Source of the DNA: Octopus vulgaris
Lineage: Eukaryota
Length of the DNA: 64,000 nucleotides
Direction: 5' to 3'
NCBI GenBank assembly: GCA_951406725.2
Contig: OX597821.1
Coordinates: 54,994,001 to 55,058,000, forward strand
Made by a program: the position numbers and the translations under genes. Below the pieces are notes generated by a model, which was not told where the DNA came from, made no database searches, and saw nothing but the letters and a program-made list of their open reading frames with translations. Shown here in pieces: positions 1-12,596 of this stretch (positions within the stretch are counted from its first letter, which is position 1; the number at the start of each line of letters is the position of its first letter).

Positions 1-110
1 AAGTACTAGGCTTACAAAGAATAAGTCCCGGGGTTGATTTGCTCGACTAAAGACAGTGCTCCAGCATGGCTGCAGTCAAATGACTGAAACAAGTAAAAGA
101 GAGAGTAAAG
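1..110 (+). mobile_element. SINE family A, 3' end (truncated by window start)
   Basis: AAGTACTAGGCTTACAAAGAATAAGTCCCGGGG...CCAGCATGGCTGCAGTCAAATGACTGAAACAAGTAAAAGA matches the 3' part of full copies at 14836, 21569 and 61431. Confidence 0.9.
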
Positions 111-220
111 AGTATAGAAAGGTGGCAGTGGCTGGTGTAGGCTCTGTGTATCTGAGGTGTTCCATACTAAAAAATTAAATCAAATATTTTTAATTAGTGT
201 GATGAATTGATTGTAAGTTG

Positions 221-1935
221 TCAACACCTTAGATATAAATTATTCCTGCATGCTAACAATACCAAACCTTTCTCTTAATTATTACAACTATTCTATCAAT
301 TCTATTATACAATTCAGTAAATTAATTATAATTTGGTCTTACATTAGTAATAGATAATATAGTAGACCATATCAAGACATTCTACATCCTTGATCAATAT
401 AATTGAATAATTCCCTACATTGATAGCCATAAATTCTCGCCTTCATGATAGATAATGTATTAGACCATATTCAGTTATTCTGCTATTTGTGAAAAAGCAT
501 ATTATTCATTGATGCTAACACCTTAAATACAAATCATTCCTATATGCTAATTATGCATATAGGAAAGCTAGGAGTAGGAGGAAAAGTTGGTACATGGATA
601 CATGAGTTCCTTACAAATAGAACTCAAACAGTCACTGTGAATGGAACCCATTCAACACCATCACCTGTGACCAGCAGTGTTCCTCAGGGTACAGTACTCG
701 GCCCAATCCTGTTTCTCATCCTCATCTCTGACATAGATGAAGATACAACCAGCAACGTCTCATCCTTTGCTGATGACACCAGGGTCATGAGACAAATCAA
801 AGACGAGGTGGATACAGAGGCCTTACAAAAGGACCTGACCAGCATATATAAATGGCAGGAAACAAACAACATGTTCAATGATAAGAAGTTTGAACTAATT
901 CGCTACGGAACAGATCAAGATCTGAAAAATACAACAAACTACAGAAACCCATCAGGACAACAAATAATGGAAAAACAGTATGTGAAAGATTTAGGCATCC
1001 ACATGGGAACCAGCCTAAAATTCAGAGAACACCTTGACTCAGTCTGTCTTACTGCAAGAAAGTACAGCGGGTGGATCTTGCGCACCTTCAAATCAAGAGA
1101 TACCTCAACAATGAAAACCCTCTGGAACAGTATGATACTTCCGAGGAATGACTACTGTTCTCAGTTGTGGTCACCAACAACAAAGGGCCAACTATCTAAG
1201 ATGGAATCGCTCCAAAGAAATTTTACCTCATACTTCTCAGAAACGAGGGACCTGGACTATTGGCAAAGACTCAAAACCTTGAAGATGTACTCAATAGAAA
1301 GAAGATTTGAGCGATATCGAATTATATACATTTGGAAAATGATAGAGCAAAAGGTGCCAAACTTTGGTATCAAAACCTACCACTCACTGCGCCACGAAAG
1401 ACGCTGCCAGCTACCACCAAACAACAAAAAGGCTGGCCAGGCAGCAAAAACCCTGCGAGAGTCAAGTCTGTTGGTTCGAGGAGCACAACTATTCAACTCC
1501 ATTCCGGTACATGTCAGAAATCTATCAGGATGCAGTGTGGAATCATTCAAATTGCAGCTGGATAGATACTTATGCACCATTAGAGATGAACTCCATCTCC
1601 CAGGATATACACAACGAGCACAAACTGACTCAAACTTGCTCCTACACATGTCAAAATTAAACAGAGAATACAACCTGGCAACCACACCAGACTCTGAGGG
1701 TGGAGTCTTCGACTTGGCCTGAGAATGGACTCAAATGAAATGGAAATGAAATGAAATGCCTTACTTTACACTTAATTGTTAAACCTACACTGATAAACTT
1801 TATAACTAAGATCAATACAAATTAATAATTCCCAACAATAATTATGATTAACCATAATTTGGTCTCATAATTTGACCATAGTCAGTCATTCTATTATTTG
1901 TAAAAATACTTTTATCCATTGATGGATAACATTCC
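221..1935. repeat. Degenerate ~300-bp tandem repeat, second unit split by a LINE insertion
   Basis: AACACCTTAGATATAAATTATTCC (223) recurs as AACACCTTAAATACAAATCATTCC (518); ATAATTTGGTCT occurs at ~328 and ~1854; GACCATA...ATTTGT...CATTGATG occurs at ~463 and ~1874. Confidence 0.6.
544..1722 (+). mobile_element. 5'-truncated non-LTR retrotransposon (CR1/L2/Jockey group): reverse transcriptase C-terminal half and thumb
   Basis: Open frame with VPQGTVLGPILF, SFADDT (catalytic xADD), KDLGI, DYCSQLWSP, GAQLFNSIP, FKLQLDRYL; followed by a short 3' UTR and (GAAAT)n tail at ~1733-1757; no endonuclease domain, so truncated. Confidence 0.92.
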
Positions 1936-2622
1936 AGTCTATTATACCCATTTAATGCCTGAACTATTTTTAAATTGGTGGACTATTGAAATAGCACACC
2001 AACACAAGTTGGATTTTTTCCATTTTGACAGGAATTATTCAAAAATTCTGATCCCCACACCCTTCCAAATGATGCAGGGACACTTTTTACAAAAAAAAAA
2101 GTTTTGGAAAATTTATGAATCCTTCTTCTGGGCTGATTTTGTCTGATGTTTTTTTAATTATTTTTACACTTAAAATCAATGGGAGATACCATTATGGTAA
2201 AAAAAAAAGAAGTTTTGTACTTTCTCATGATGAATCCAAGTTTATGATTCACTTATTCCAGAAAAAGTTTAGAAAAATGTTACAGAGGTTTAAAGTTTGA
2301 TCGTTTTTACCTGCTCATTAAACATGATTTGAGTGTAATAGCTGCCATAAATTGAAAGCAACATTAGAAGATGAGGTTTTAAACAAAATGAAAGTAATGC
2401 ATGTGTTATAGCATATACACAGAGAGAAAGAAAGAGAATAAAAAAGAGTGTGGTAAATATATATAGAGAGATAGACTGGTGGTGATTGATAGAGAGTGGG
2501 ACAGTTGTTGATCTAAGGGTTGAGTTGTTTCTCATTTGTTATGAGTCATAACAAATTATATTTTCTAATTATCATTTTCACATGACCTTCTCTTTGGGAT
2601 GTAGGTTTTTAAAACAAAATTC

Positions 2623-3425
2623 GGATCTTTTCATTTTGAAGGCCAGATTTTCCTAGTTAACTAAAAAATTTGAAACTTCGTATATTGGTAGAATGTGTCA
2701 AAAGAAAACATTTTTGTAAACAAAATTGAAAACAAAATTGTTATTCGTAACTTAAACGTAGTTTAATTTTTACGAATTTTAACCAATGAAATCCCAACAT
2801 CTTCAAATTTTAACCAATGAAATCCCAGCATTGCCACTTGCCGCAACAAATTTGCACAAAAGGTAAATAAACCAGAAGTCAATGTTTCATCGTTTCGGGG
2901 TCGATAAATTAAGTACCAGTTACGCACTGGTGTCGAGGATTTTTTTCCCAATTTATATCACAGCTTCCGACAAGCTGGGGTCATACTTTTATGAAAAAAT
3001 ATTTCGCAAATTTTTACAATACTACTCACACTCCACGCGCAAACTCGAGACCTATTTAGGCATATTATTGTTTTGTTTTTGTTGTTTCTGGCCCTTCAAA
3101 ACCATGGGAGAAGCCTTTTCGGTAAAAAAAAATAAAGAAAATATTAAAAAAATATCGTTAATATTTTTATTGGGCGACGAAATTAATCGATTTAAGAGAT
3201 ATAGCTGTTATTTCTAGCACATGTAGAAGACAGAAGAAGAGGTAAATAATTTGAGCTCGAATGCTGCGATTTCATTGGTTAAAATTCTTAAAATTAAACT
3301 ACGTTTAAGTTACGAATTACAATTTTGTTTACAATAATGTTTTCTTTTGACACATTCTACCAGTATACGAAGTTTCAAATTGTTTAGTTAACTAGGAAAA
3401 TCTGGCCTTCAAAATAAAAAGATCC
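2623..3425. mobile_element. Non-autonomous DNA transposon (MITE), Merlin-like
   Basis: ~170-bp TIRs starting GGATCTTTT...GAAGGCCAGATTTTCCTAGTTAAC and ending GGCCTTCAAAATAAAAAGATCC; perfect 8-bp TSD CAAAATTC (2615-2622, 3426-3433); GG termini with 8-bp TSD fit Merlin. Confidence 0.85.
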
Positions 3426-3534
3426 CAAAATTCCCTTTTCTTGAGGATGCCCAATTTCAGAGCTTTCATAGTTAAACACTCATATGTAACCACTTGTTCT
3501 CAAGTTTTTATAGTAGATATTGAAAGGATAAAAA

Positions 3535-3650
3535 TCCCTTTTGGTCATGATCATGGGATTGCACCTAGAAAATTACCCTCCAAGCCACAAGTCTTGGCAA
3601 AGTTGTTTATGGGAGACCAGCAGTCACCCATGCAAACAAGCTTCCCCTGT
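3535..3650 (-). mobile_element. SINE family D, 3' fragment
   Basis: Reverse complement of ~33810-33915 (TTTGGTCATGA...GGGATTGCACCTAGAAAATTACCCTCC). Confidence 0.75.
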
Positions 3651-3849
3651 CTTCAGATACTGCCTTTTGTTCTCTCAGCCTTAGATATACAAGGATTTGA
3701 TAAACTAGTCTATAAATTAAAACTGACCCCATAAAAACAAAAAAATCAGTGACAGGCAGAATCTGTAACCATGTATATCTTCTTGATAACTTAGTAAATT
3801 CTATTCTGGAGTGGAGACAGCATGTTCTTTGTCTATCTCCTTAACTGCT

Positions 3850-4030
3850 TGGAGATTTTAGATATAATTATACTAATGTGTCCATCTGTTCTAATTTAAT
3901 TAAATTCTATGTCTTTCTGCTGCTGAAGATCGGTCTGCATTTTAAATTGATGTAAGGATTGCATTGTTCAATTAAATGGAGTTGCAGGAAAAGATCGTAC
4001 TGCATTACCTCTGGATATCCTTGTTGCTTA
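3850..4030 (+). mobile_element. PLE 3' terminal fragment with decayed hammerhead (3919-4003)
   Basis: CTGAAGA(3923)...GAAAA-GATC-GTA, then GGATATCCTTGTTGCTTATTTTGATT and (TA)n; homologous to 50345-50465, which lies downstream of a GIY-YIG relic. Confidence 0.7.
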
Positions 4031-4054
4031 TTTTGATTTTATATATATATATAT

Positions 4055-4435
4055 ATAAAATATGAATTAGAGATATAACCACTATTATGCAACTCAAACA
4101 GTGATAGACATAAACCAAAACATAAATAATAAATATAATATATTTTTATAAAACATATAACTAGATCTCAAAAGGTATAAAAATGATTAATCAATATATT
4201 ACTTATTACTTATTATATATTGATTATTCATTTTTATGCTTTTGAGATCTAGTCATATGTTTTATAAAAATATATTCTATTTGTTATTTATGTTTTGGTT
4301 TATGTCTATCACTGTTTGCGTTGCATAATAGTGGTTTTATCTCTAATTTATATTTTATAAATTTATATTGTGAAATTTGATTTAATACTAAATTGAATTT
4401 TCCCCTGTAAGTTTCGAGTTACACCCCCTAATATA
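4055..4435. mobile_element. Palindromic (inverted-duplicated) PLE-like terminal fragment in (TA)n
   Basis: Arms 4055-4200 and 4212-4360 are reverse complements (ACCACTATTATGCAAC / GTTGCATAATAGTGGT); the right arm continues to ...TACACCCCCTAATA-(TA)n, which resembles 37025-37080 in reverse. Confidence 0.7.
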
Positions 4436-5354
4436 TATATATATATATATTATTCATTGAAACTAGATTCAATTGTGTGATTTGAGTTTCATGTTACTGA
4501 TATGTTTATACTAGACTATGAAATGGCCTTCAACGGTAGAAACAATGCTGTAACTAGATCATTACAAGTGTGACTTCGTCCTTGACCCAGCTAAGAGGGC
4601 AGTAACTCTAAATAAGAACTGGTTGGAACCAGGTGACCCATCTAACCCATTTCAGCAGTGACAGTGGGTGCAGGTTAGTGATGATGATACACACAAACAT
4701 ACACACCCAAACACACATACATGTGTGTATTTACATGTAGTCTGGATGCAGTTTTATATAAGAAAGTGTCTTGTTTATAGTAAATGTAAACAGCGGTATG
4801 TAAATATCAAAATATAAAATATAAAATATGCACATATCTGGACTACGTCTTTTAGGTAATTCATATAGAAGTGGATTAAAAATAGACAGACATCATATTC
4901 TATAAATGTATTCTATAAAAACTGACAACTTTTGAGCAAGAAATAACTCAATCAAATAAAATAATCCTACACATATTGAGGTAAGAAATACAACTTTATA
5001 TTTCCATTATTTCATTATAATGCCAACATGATGTAATTATTAACTTACTTATACATATCAGCAATTCAATTAGCTCATCTTTGGGGAAGCTGTAGATTAG
5101 AATCTAGGCAGATAATTTTTTTGTAGAGATGATGATGAATCCTTCTTATTGTAGATAGATTTCAAAGAATATACATATATGCATACATATATATATACAT
5201 ACTTACATGCTTATACATAGATATACATGCATATGTATATATATTGTTTTATGCTGTCTGTCAATAATATATATTTTTGTTTGCTGGAAAGTTTTTACAC
5301 AATTACATTAATTTTCTCATCACACATTTATACTGTTAATACATACTGACACGC

Positions 5355-5391
<37 letters not shown>

Positions 5392-6319
5392 TGTCCAACC
5401 CATACCATCATGAGAAATGGATGTTAGATGATGATGATGCATATGTATACATACACACAAACACACTCTCACACATACAATATATGCATGTGTGAGTGTG
5501 TGTTCATGCAGAAATATTTATTTATTCATCACTCTTTTAGAAATATATATGTATGTCTGTACCTGGTTGCATGTAAGTCTGTACTGGAAGGCATGAAGGT
5601 AATGTGATGGATGCTCAACAAAACTGGAATAAAATTTATAAACAAGTGTTCAAATCATACTAAAGTAATCACTGCTTTTCCCATTTGAACACTATAATCG
5701 ATACCAGTAATATTTCAGAGAGAATTTTACCAACATTAGTAACTTATTCATTTTAATTCTTTATTTAAAATACATAATTATTAAACTGAAATTATAGTGA
5801 AATCTCTATGTAGACATTCTGTCTGTTAGAAAAACCAGGCAAAGGAACTTATAATGGCAACCTACCCACTTGAAAATTGAAGACACATTGAATAAGTTGG
5901 CCCTAAATACACAATACCTGAGAATAGGACATGACAGTCATGGATGGAACACCATTAATGATAAATGTGCTGGATCAGAGTTGTCGTGTGGCTAAACAAT
6001 AACAGAAGTGATGAACTCAGTATGTTAATCAATGTATAAATTTAAGATTGAGTAGTTTTAATTTTGTAATTGATTCAACTCATTTTTATTAGTTATCTAA
6101 ATGGGAGTATTGAACTGGCAGAATCACAAGAACTTAGGACAAAATACCTTGCAGTATTTCTTCTGGTTCATTATATTCTGAATTCAGTTCCCTTTCTGGT
6201 CAATTTTGCCTTTCATCCCTTTGGGATCAAGTAAATCAAGTTCTGAGGTCAATCATCATCATCATCATCATCATGATCATCATAATCATTATGATCATCA
6301 TTATTATTATGATGATCAT

Positions 6320-6600
6320 CATCATCCTATAATGTCCATTTTCCATGCAGGCATGTGTTGGACAGATTGACCAGAGATAGCAAACTGGTGACCTGCACCA
6401 GGTTCCAGTCTGATTTGGCTTGGTTTATATGACTGGTTACCCTTCCTAATGCCCCTAACACCAACTACTTTACAGAGTGTGTACTGCATGCTTTTAAAGT
6501 GACACCAACACAAGTGCCTTTACATGGAACTGGCACGAATGCTTTTACATGGAACTGGCACAAGTGCTTTTAACATGGCACCAATACAGGATCTTGCAGG
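6320..6600 (-). mobile_element. SINE family C (ATG/CAT tail), diverged
   Basis: (CAT)n followed by TCCATTTTCCATGCAGGCATG...CCCTTCCTAATGCC; internal TGCTTTTACATGG..CAC subrepeats. Confidence 0.75.
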
Positions 6601-7351
6601 CTGATACTCTTCATCAGGGAATGTGGGACCTTAATGCTTCCGCTGCAGAAACCCTCTACCCTCAAAATTGTTGACCTTGTGCATAAATTCGCTGTTATAC
6701 TCAGAAGATGATTGACAGAATCTTTAGTGAGTCGGACAAAATACATTTCAGCATTTCTGCCAGCTCGATACTTCCTGAATGAAATCTTAACTTTGCATCA
6801 CATTTTCCAGGGTCAATAAAATAAAACTCCAATCAAGTACTAAGGTTGATTTAGCTGGCTAACCCTTTCCAAGTTTGAGGCCTAGTGCCTATATTAGATG
6901 CAAAGACATATGGCCTAGCAGTTAAGATGTTGCATTCATGATGGTAAGATAGTGGTTTCAATTTCCTGACTGAACAGTGTATTGTGTTCCTGAGCAAAAT
7001 ACTTCATTTTACATTGTTCCAGTCTGCACAGGTGTAACTGAGTAACTTTTTGATGGACTGTCATCCCATTCAGGGAAATCTTATGATCTCAGTCATTTAT
7101 GAAGGCAAAGGCAGCTGTGGCTATTTGGTCACAGTGAGTGCTACCCTGAACTGAAAGCATCCAAATTAGTCTTGTGGAACCTCCTTCATGGTGATGTAAG
7201 AAGAGAAAAGTGTCATCACTCTTAGACTGACAATGTGATTGCAGACACTGACTTTCAATGTTTCTAGGACATTGAGGCAGTGGCGATGGACTGAGAAGTG
7301 TGGAAGGTAGACTTTGTTGCCACAGGCTGGGCTGGAACCTGATCGTAACAA

Positions 7352-7562
7352 TGAGCGGGTGCTGAAAAGTTCCTGGCTTTAAGGGTATTGTGAAAAGCCT
7401 TGTTGGAGATCCAACCTTCTGAGTTCTTTTACAGAGCTTAGAAAAACTGGAGGAATATTGCAATAAGTGTATGAATCTGAGAGGGGAATATGGTGAATAA
7501 AATCAAAATTAAGTGATCCTCCTGTATTTTCTTTCACCTAAAGCCAGGAACTTCTCCGCACT
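7352..7562 (+). mobile_element. Mariner-derived MITE
   Basis: TIRs GGGTGCTGAAAAGTTCCTGGCTTTA / TAAAGCCAGGAACTTCTCCGCAC; internal transposase C-terminus relic LEKLEEYCNKCMNLRGEYGE*. Confidence 0.8.
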
Positions 7563-8503
7563 TTGTTGTATGTTCTGGAAACAGTAACCAGCCTTATATA
7601 TCCTTGGAGGTGAGACAGTCAATGTTAATGTCTAGAAGATTGCCCAGGCCTATCTTAGAAGCAAATATTCATTATTATTTATTATACATCTGAGTACAGA
7701 CATGACAGTGTGATTACGAAGTTTATTTCACAACATTATAAAATAATCAAATCCACATTTTTTATTAAATTTCCAAATTTTATGTTCAGATAAAAACTGA
7801 TAGTGTATGACGAGATAATTACTATTCATTGAAACACACATTGCTTAGGCTGTTAATATTTTATTTATTGGACAAGCTGTCAACAAACCATTTTTTTATG
7901 AAAATAAGATTCTTCAATTAAGAGCTGTTCTCAGTTCTAATGGGTAATAAATATGTTTCTGTGAATATTTACAGACAGTTATCTGGTTCCTGAAAAGATC
8001 CCCCAAAGGATTTAAACCAGTTAGATACATTGCACTTCTCTCTCCACAAAGACAGTGTGTGTATGAGACAGCTATTTACAGTATTCCTGTGTGTTTAATT
8101 AAGTTTAATTGTACACACTGTTGGCTAAAACTTTGACTTATTCTAAAGTACCTCAGAGATTATTTCCAAACAATTATTGATGCTCAGTTTGTTCTATTTG
8201 ATTCACGCTTATCTTTCTGGGTTCAAATAAAATGATTTCAGTGGAAATCTATAAACATTTCCTGACTGTAATCTTTACGACAGTGGGCATTCTATCAAAT
8301 ACACCTGGCACACAGTCGTAAAGAAAATCAACTGGAAAATCCTTTTTACATTTCTATCAATTTTATTAAATAGAATATGAGTGTTTACACTGTAATCATC
8401 TCCCCCTCCACCAACATTTTATAAAAGAAAATTAGTCAAAATATACAGTGTAATATTAATTTAAGCATTTTTCGTGTGGGTAAGGTTCACTATATTATGT
8501 ATG

Positions 8504-8702
8504 CTTAGGTGGCGAGCTGGCAGAAACGTTAGCACGCCGGGCAAAATGCCTAGCGGTATTTCATCTGCAGTTACGTTCTGAGTTCAAATTCCGATTAAAT
8601 AAGTACCAGTCAATTACTGGGGTCGATATAATTGACTTAATCTGTTTGTCTGTCCTTGTTTGTCCCCTCTACGTTTAACCCCCTGTAGGCAATAAAGAAA
8701 TA
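8504..8702 (+). mobile_element. SINE family B with internal deletion
   Basis: GGTGGCGAGCTGGCAGAAACGTTAGCACGCCGGG...GAGTTCAAATTCC (box-B-like); TSD TATATTATGTATG at 8491-8503 and 8703-8715. Confidence 0.88.
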
Positions 8703-9124
8703 TATATTATGTATGTTACTCTCCACTTAGCTATCTAGTATTCATGCTCAACACATTCCTAGGATGTTTTCTTATGTGGTTATTTCATAACAACTTATTT
8801 CAGACAACATGGCAGATAAGCTAATGGCAGAAGATGCATATGGTTGCTTGAAAGGTTAAAAGACATTCGCCAATGGTCTCACACAGAGGCTTTGAACCTG
8901 ATACTATGAAGGTTCCTGCTCAAGGTGTCATGCCATAGAATTCAATACAGAAATACGTGGTTAAAAAGCAAACTTCTTACCACATGGTCACGCATGCTCT
9001 TACAAATCTGTTGCAGTACTTGGAAACAGGTAGTAGTTACTGGCATGATTAACATCTAGCCATAGGAAATCAGCCTCAATAATTCCTGTTAGTAGGTTGA
9101 TGATGATTATATATATATATATAT

Positions 9125-9320
9125 TGCCATGATTGACCACTAGATACTAAAGCTTTCTTTTTCTATTCTCTCTCTGTTTATTTTCTCATGTTCCTTTCTG
9201 TTGAAGAGCATAGGCTCGAAACATAAAAGACTTTCTCACATTCACAAGTGTTAAACTAATATACCTGTTTGTTTTTTACGCACCTGTCTTCATCTTTTGT
9301 TTTCTGTAAATTCCAACTAT
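9125..9320 (+). mobile_element. (TA)n-flanked PLE-like terminal fragment with minimal hammerhead-like motif (9193-9230)
   Basis: TTGAAGA-GC-ATAG-GC-TC-GAAAC-ATA-AAAG; compact HHR-like layout with mutated core; bounded by (TA)n. Confidence 0.55.
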
Positions 9321-9612
9321 ATATGAATATATATATATATAGATCATTTGTAGAAATACATAAATCCAGAGGAGAGGTACACTCTAAGATGTAGAGCAGT
9401 TAATATTATAATGGGGTAGGCCAGTTTATAGGGTTACTCTGAGTTTCTTGCTCATAAGGGGTTTAGTCTTATGGCATATCTTATCCCAAGCAATGCTGGC
9501 CTGAATCCTCTTTAAAACATTTTAAAGAGGTCTCAGGCTAGCAGTGTTTAGGGTTTTAAGATACGCCTACCCCACTATGATAGCATATATACATACACAC
9601 ACACACACACAT

Positions 9613-9658
<46 letters not shown>

Positions 9659-9757
9659 GCATATATATATATATAAACAAACATCATTTCATTATTTTAC
9701 ACACATGCACAAACACACACATGCACACACACACATACATACACACACACAGCTATA

Positions 9758-9900
9758 TATGATGGGATTCTTTCTACTTCCACCTACCAAATCCACCTAC
9801 AAGACTTTAGTCAGTTCAAAGTTATGATAGAAGGTATCTGTCAAAATGCCATGCAGTGGGACTGAACTTGGAACCATGTGGTTGTGAAGCAAATTTTTTG
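9758..9900 (-). mobile_element. SINE family A 5' portion, diverged
   Basis: GCCATGCAGTGGGACTGAACTTGGAACCATGTGGTTG is the reverse complement of the family A head. Confidence 0.75.
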
Positions 9901-11521
9901 CCGCTTCTATAATGAATATTCCTGTTGTTTCCTTGACCAAACTTTCTTACTGATTGTATTTGGAAGTAGCTGAGTATTTCACACACTCTTGCTCTCTTAA
10001 AGCAACCTCTTATAGTTTGAATGTGATGCAGTGTAAAACAGGGCTGGACCTTTGATTTGCAGGCACACTATCTAACAGGCTTCCACACAGTTTCTGTCTA
10101 ATTACAAAGCTTGGCCTGACTTTGGGTGGTAGTAAAAGACATTCATCTAAAATTCCACACTATGAGATTGAACCTGAGACTTCAGGATTAAAAAACGAAC
10201 TGATCTACTCAGAGAAGAAATATACCTAATCAAAGGATTTCAGCAACAAGCTATCAAATATCCTGTCGAAATATGTAAAAACATTCAAGAGGTTTAGTAC
10301 ATAATATGATGTATAAACTCAGTGACACCCAGGTCTGCACCCATGTAGACTATGTATTTTTACATGCATATGTACACACTTACATGTTTGCTTGCATACA
10401 TAAATGATTACTGTGGATGTTATTTAAATTACAGTGAAAGAGTTGTGTTTCTCAGCCAGTAACCAGTTCTTTCTCAATTAGTGAGAAATTCAGAAAATAT
10501 AACCAGGAAAAACATACACACACTATTCAGACATATTAATCAATTGTAAAACTTCTATTTTCACTATTCAATATTTCTTCTTTATAAATATATTTACTAT
10601 TTACCATCGTTATATTACTAATTCTGACCTTTTGACATTTACATTTTCTGAAAACCATGTTTACCATACTTATTTGTTGCAAATCATGGGGAAATAAAAT
10701 TGGGCTTGAAGAAATACCGATCTTTGAAATAATGTTAAATGACAGTAAATTTGAGTTAAATGTTATTGTCTTCTCTTACTTTTATTTTGCTAGTAAACTC
10801 AGAAATAGACACTTATCTGAAGGAGTCCTATAATTTGTTTCTTTGCCTTGAGCTTCTGTATCATTTCCCGGTTGTCCAACACTATTTCAGGCCTGGGTTT
10901 TTTTTTTCCTCACAAACAATGATATATATATATATATATATATGTGCAGACAAAAACACTGATGTTAATATGCACTTCTACTAGTCTGCTAGGCATAAAC
11001 TTTAATAAACTAATCTATTTGTTTACTTATATACATGTGTTACATGGCAATTTGCTGGAAAAAAAAATCAATGGTTTGCTTATGTGTGTATCTATTTATG
11101 TATCTATCTATATATCTAGAGGGATTCAGACATACCTACACTCATTTCTATATCTGCACATACATGCACTCTCTTTTGTGTGTCTGTGTGTAGAATGTGC
11201 AAAAAGTGGAAAGAAATGAAGTAAGTCTACTCTGCTGGATGTGTAATGTTAGCATACTTGAACAACAGAGGACAAATGATTTGAGAGAAGGCCTGGCATA
11301 TTCAACAAGGGAGAAAAGTTGCATTGACGCAAACATGTGATGTGTATGGAGGTTGATAGTTGGGTATATATAACCTTACTTGAAAACATATATATATATA
11401 TATATATAATCTTACTTGGAAAAAGTTGTAACATGGTGATAAGAAAAACATTTGGTTATAGAAAATCCACCTCAACAAATTTCATTCAACATAGGTGAGC
11501 ATAGAAACTAGACATTGACTG

Positions 11522-11635
<114 letters not shown>

Positions 11636-11828
11636 ACACATATATACATATATGTATACTCAAACAGGTGAGCACATAAAGGCAAAACAAAGTGGGAAAA
11701 ATAGTACTCCAATACTGAAAGTAGAGTAATATACTTTTATTAAAGCTGCAAAATCTTCACAAACTGTAGTTCCCACTCATCACTGTGTGGTGATCATAAC
11801 TGATCATATACATACATACATACATACA

Positions 11829-11864
<36 letters not shown>

Positions 11865-12350
11865 CATATATATATATATACATATATACATATATATATA
11901 TATACATACATAAATATTATTTTTTTTCTTTCGAAAATGATTTTTTTTACTCTATTGTTTGGAAGTGCTCAGGTTGAAACCAAGACGTTAGATATTATAT
12001 ATCTTGGATTAAGAAGAGACAAAAATTTAGATAATCATTCCATAGTTATGATTTACATCAACATAAAAAATACATATGACATAAAATTACATCAAGACAA
12101 GGAACATATCTATATATTATTTAGAATAGAAACAAGAGCTATATGAGGTAAAAATATACATGAAAAGGATAAATAAATGTTGATATATCGATTAAAAATC
12201 ATATTAGATTTAAGCTTAAAAAATGTTGAATTAAGGATTAAAATTTGTAAGATACATTGGCAGTTGTGAGAAATCAAAATGATGGATTTAAAAGTTTAGA
12301 AGAGTTCCGAAGAAATGTTTGTAGAGAGTTATAACATCATATATGAAGCA

Positions 12351-12435
12351 ATTCGACGGCTGTTTCTGGAATTCATTAGTCAACAAGGTATGAATCCTTT
12401 AGTTTCACACTGACAATGTCCCCTTCATCAGGAAC
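12351..12435 (-). ncRNA. Type I hammerhead ribozyme, extended stem II
   Basis: Minus strand: GTTC-CTGATGA-AGGGGACATTGTCAG...TTGACTAATGAATTCCA-GAAAC-AGCC-GTC-GAAT; all core nucleotides present; stem I GTTC/GAAT. Confidence 0.8.
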
Positions 12436-12596
12436 AAGTAAATAGATAATTAATTAAGTTTGAAGAAATGTAAGAGAAAAGAAAATTGTAGGTTACATTA
12501 TGTTATTCATTGGCTACTCTGTCTGATACTGACTACTTTTACAATGATTCACACTTATATACGAAAGGAAATTTCTAGTGTAGGATGATGGGAGAA

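Noticed and set aside
1975-2320. Possible DNA transposon end
   Set aside because: No matching second TIR or TSD found
4505-4562. GAAAC-AATGCT-GTA half motif
   Set aside because: No intact CTGANGA upstream
11690-11810. Possible HHR relic (GTGATGAGTGGGAAC on the minus strand)
   Set aside because: No GAAA or stem III; too decayed to call
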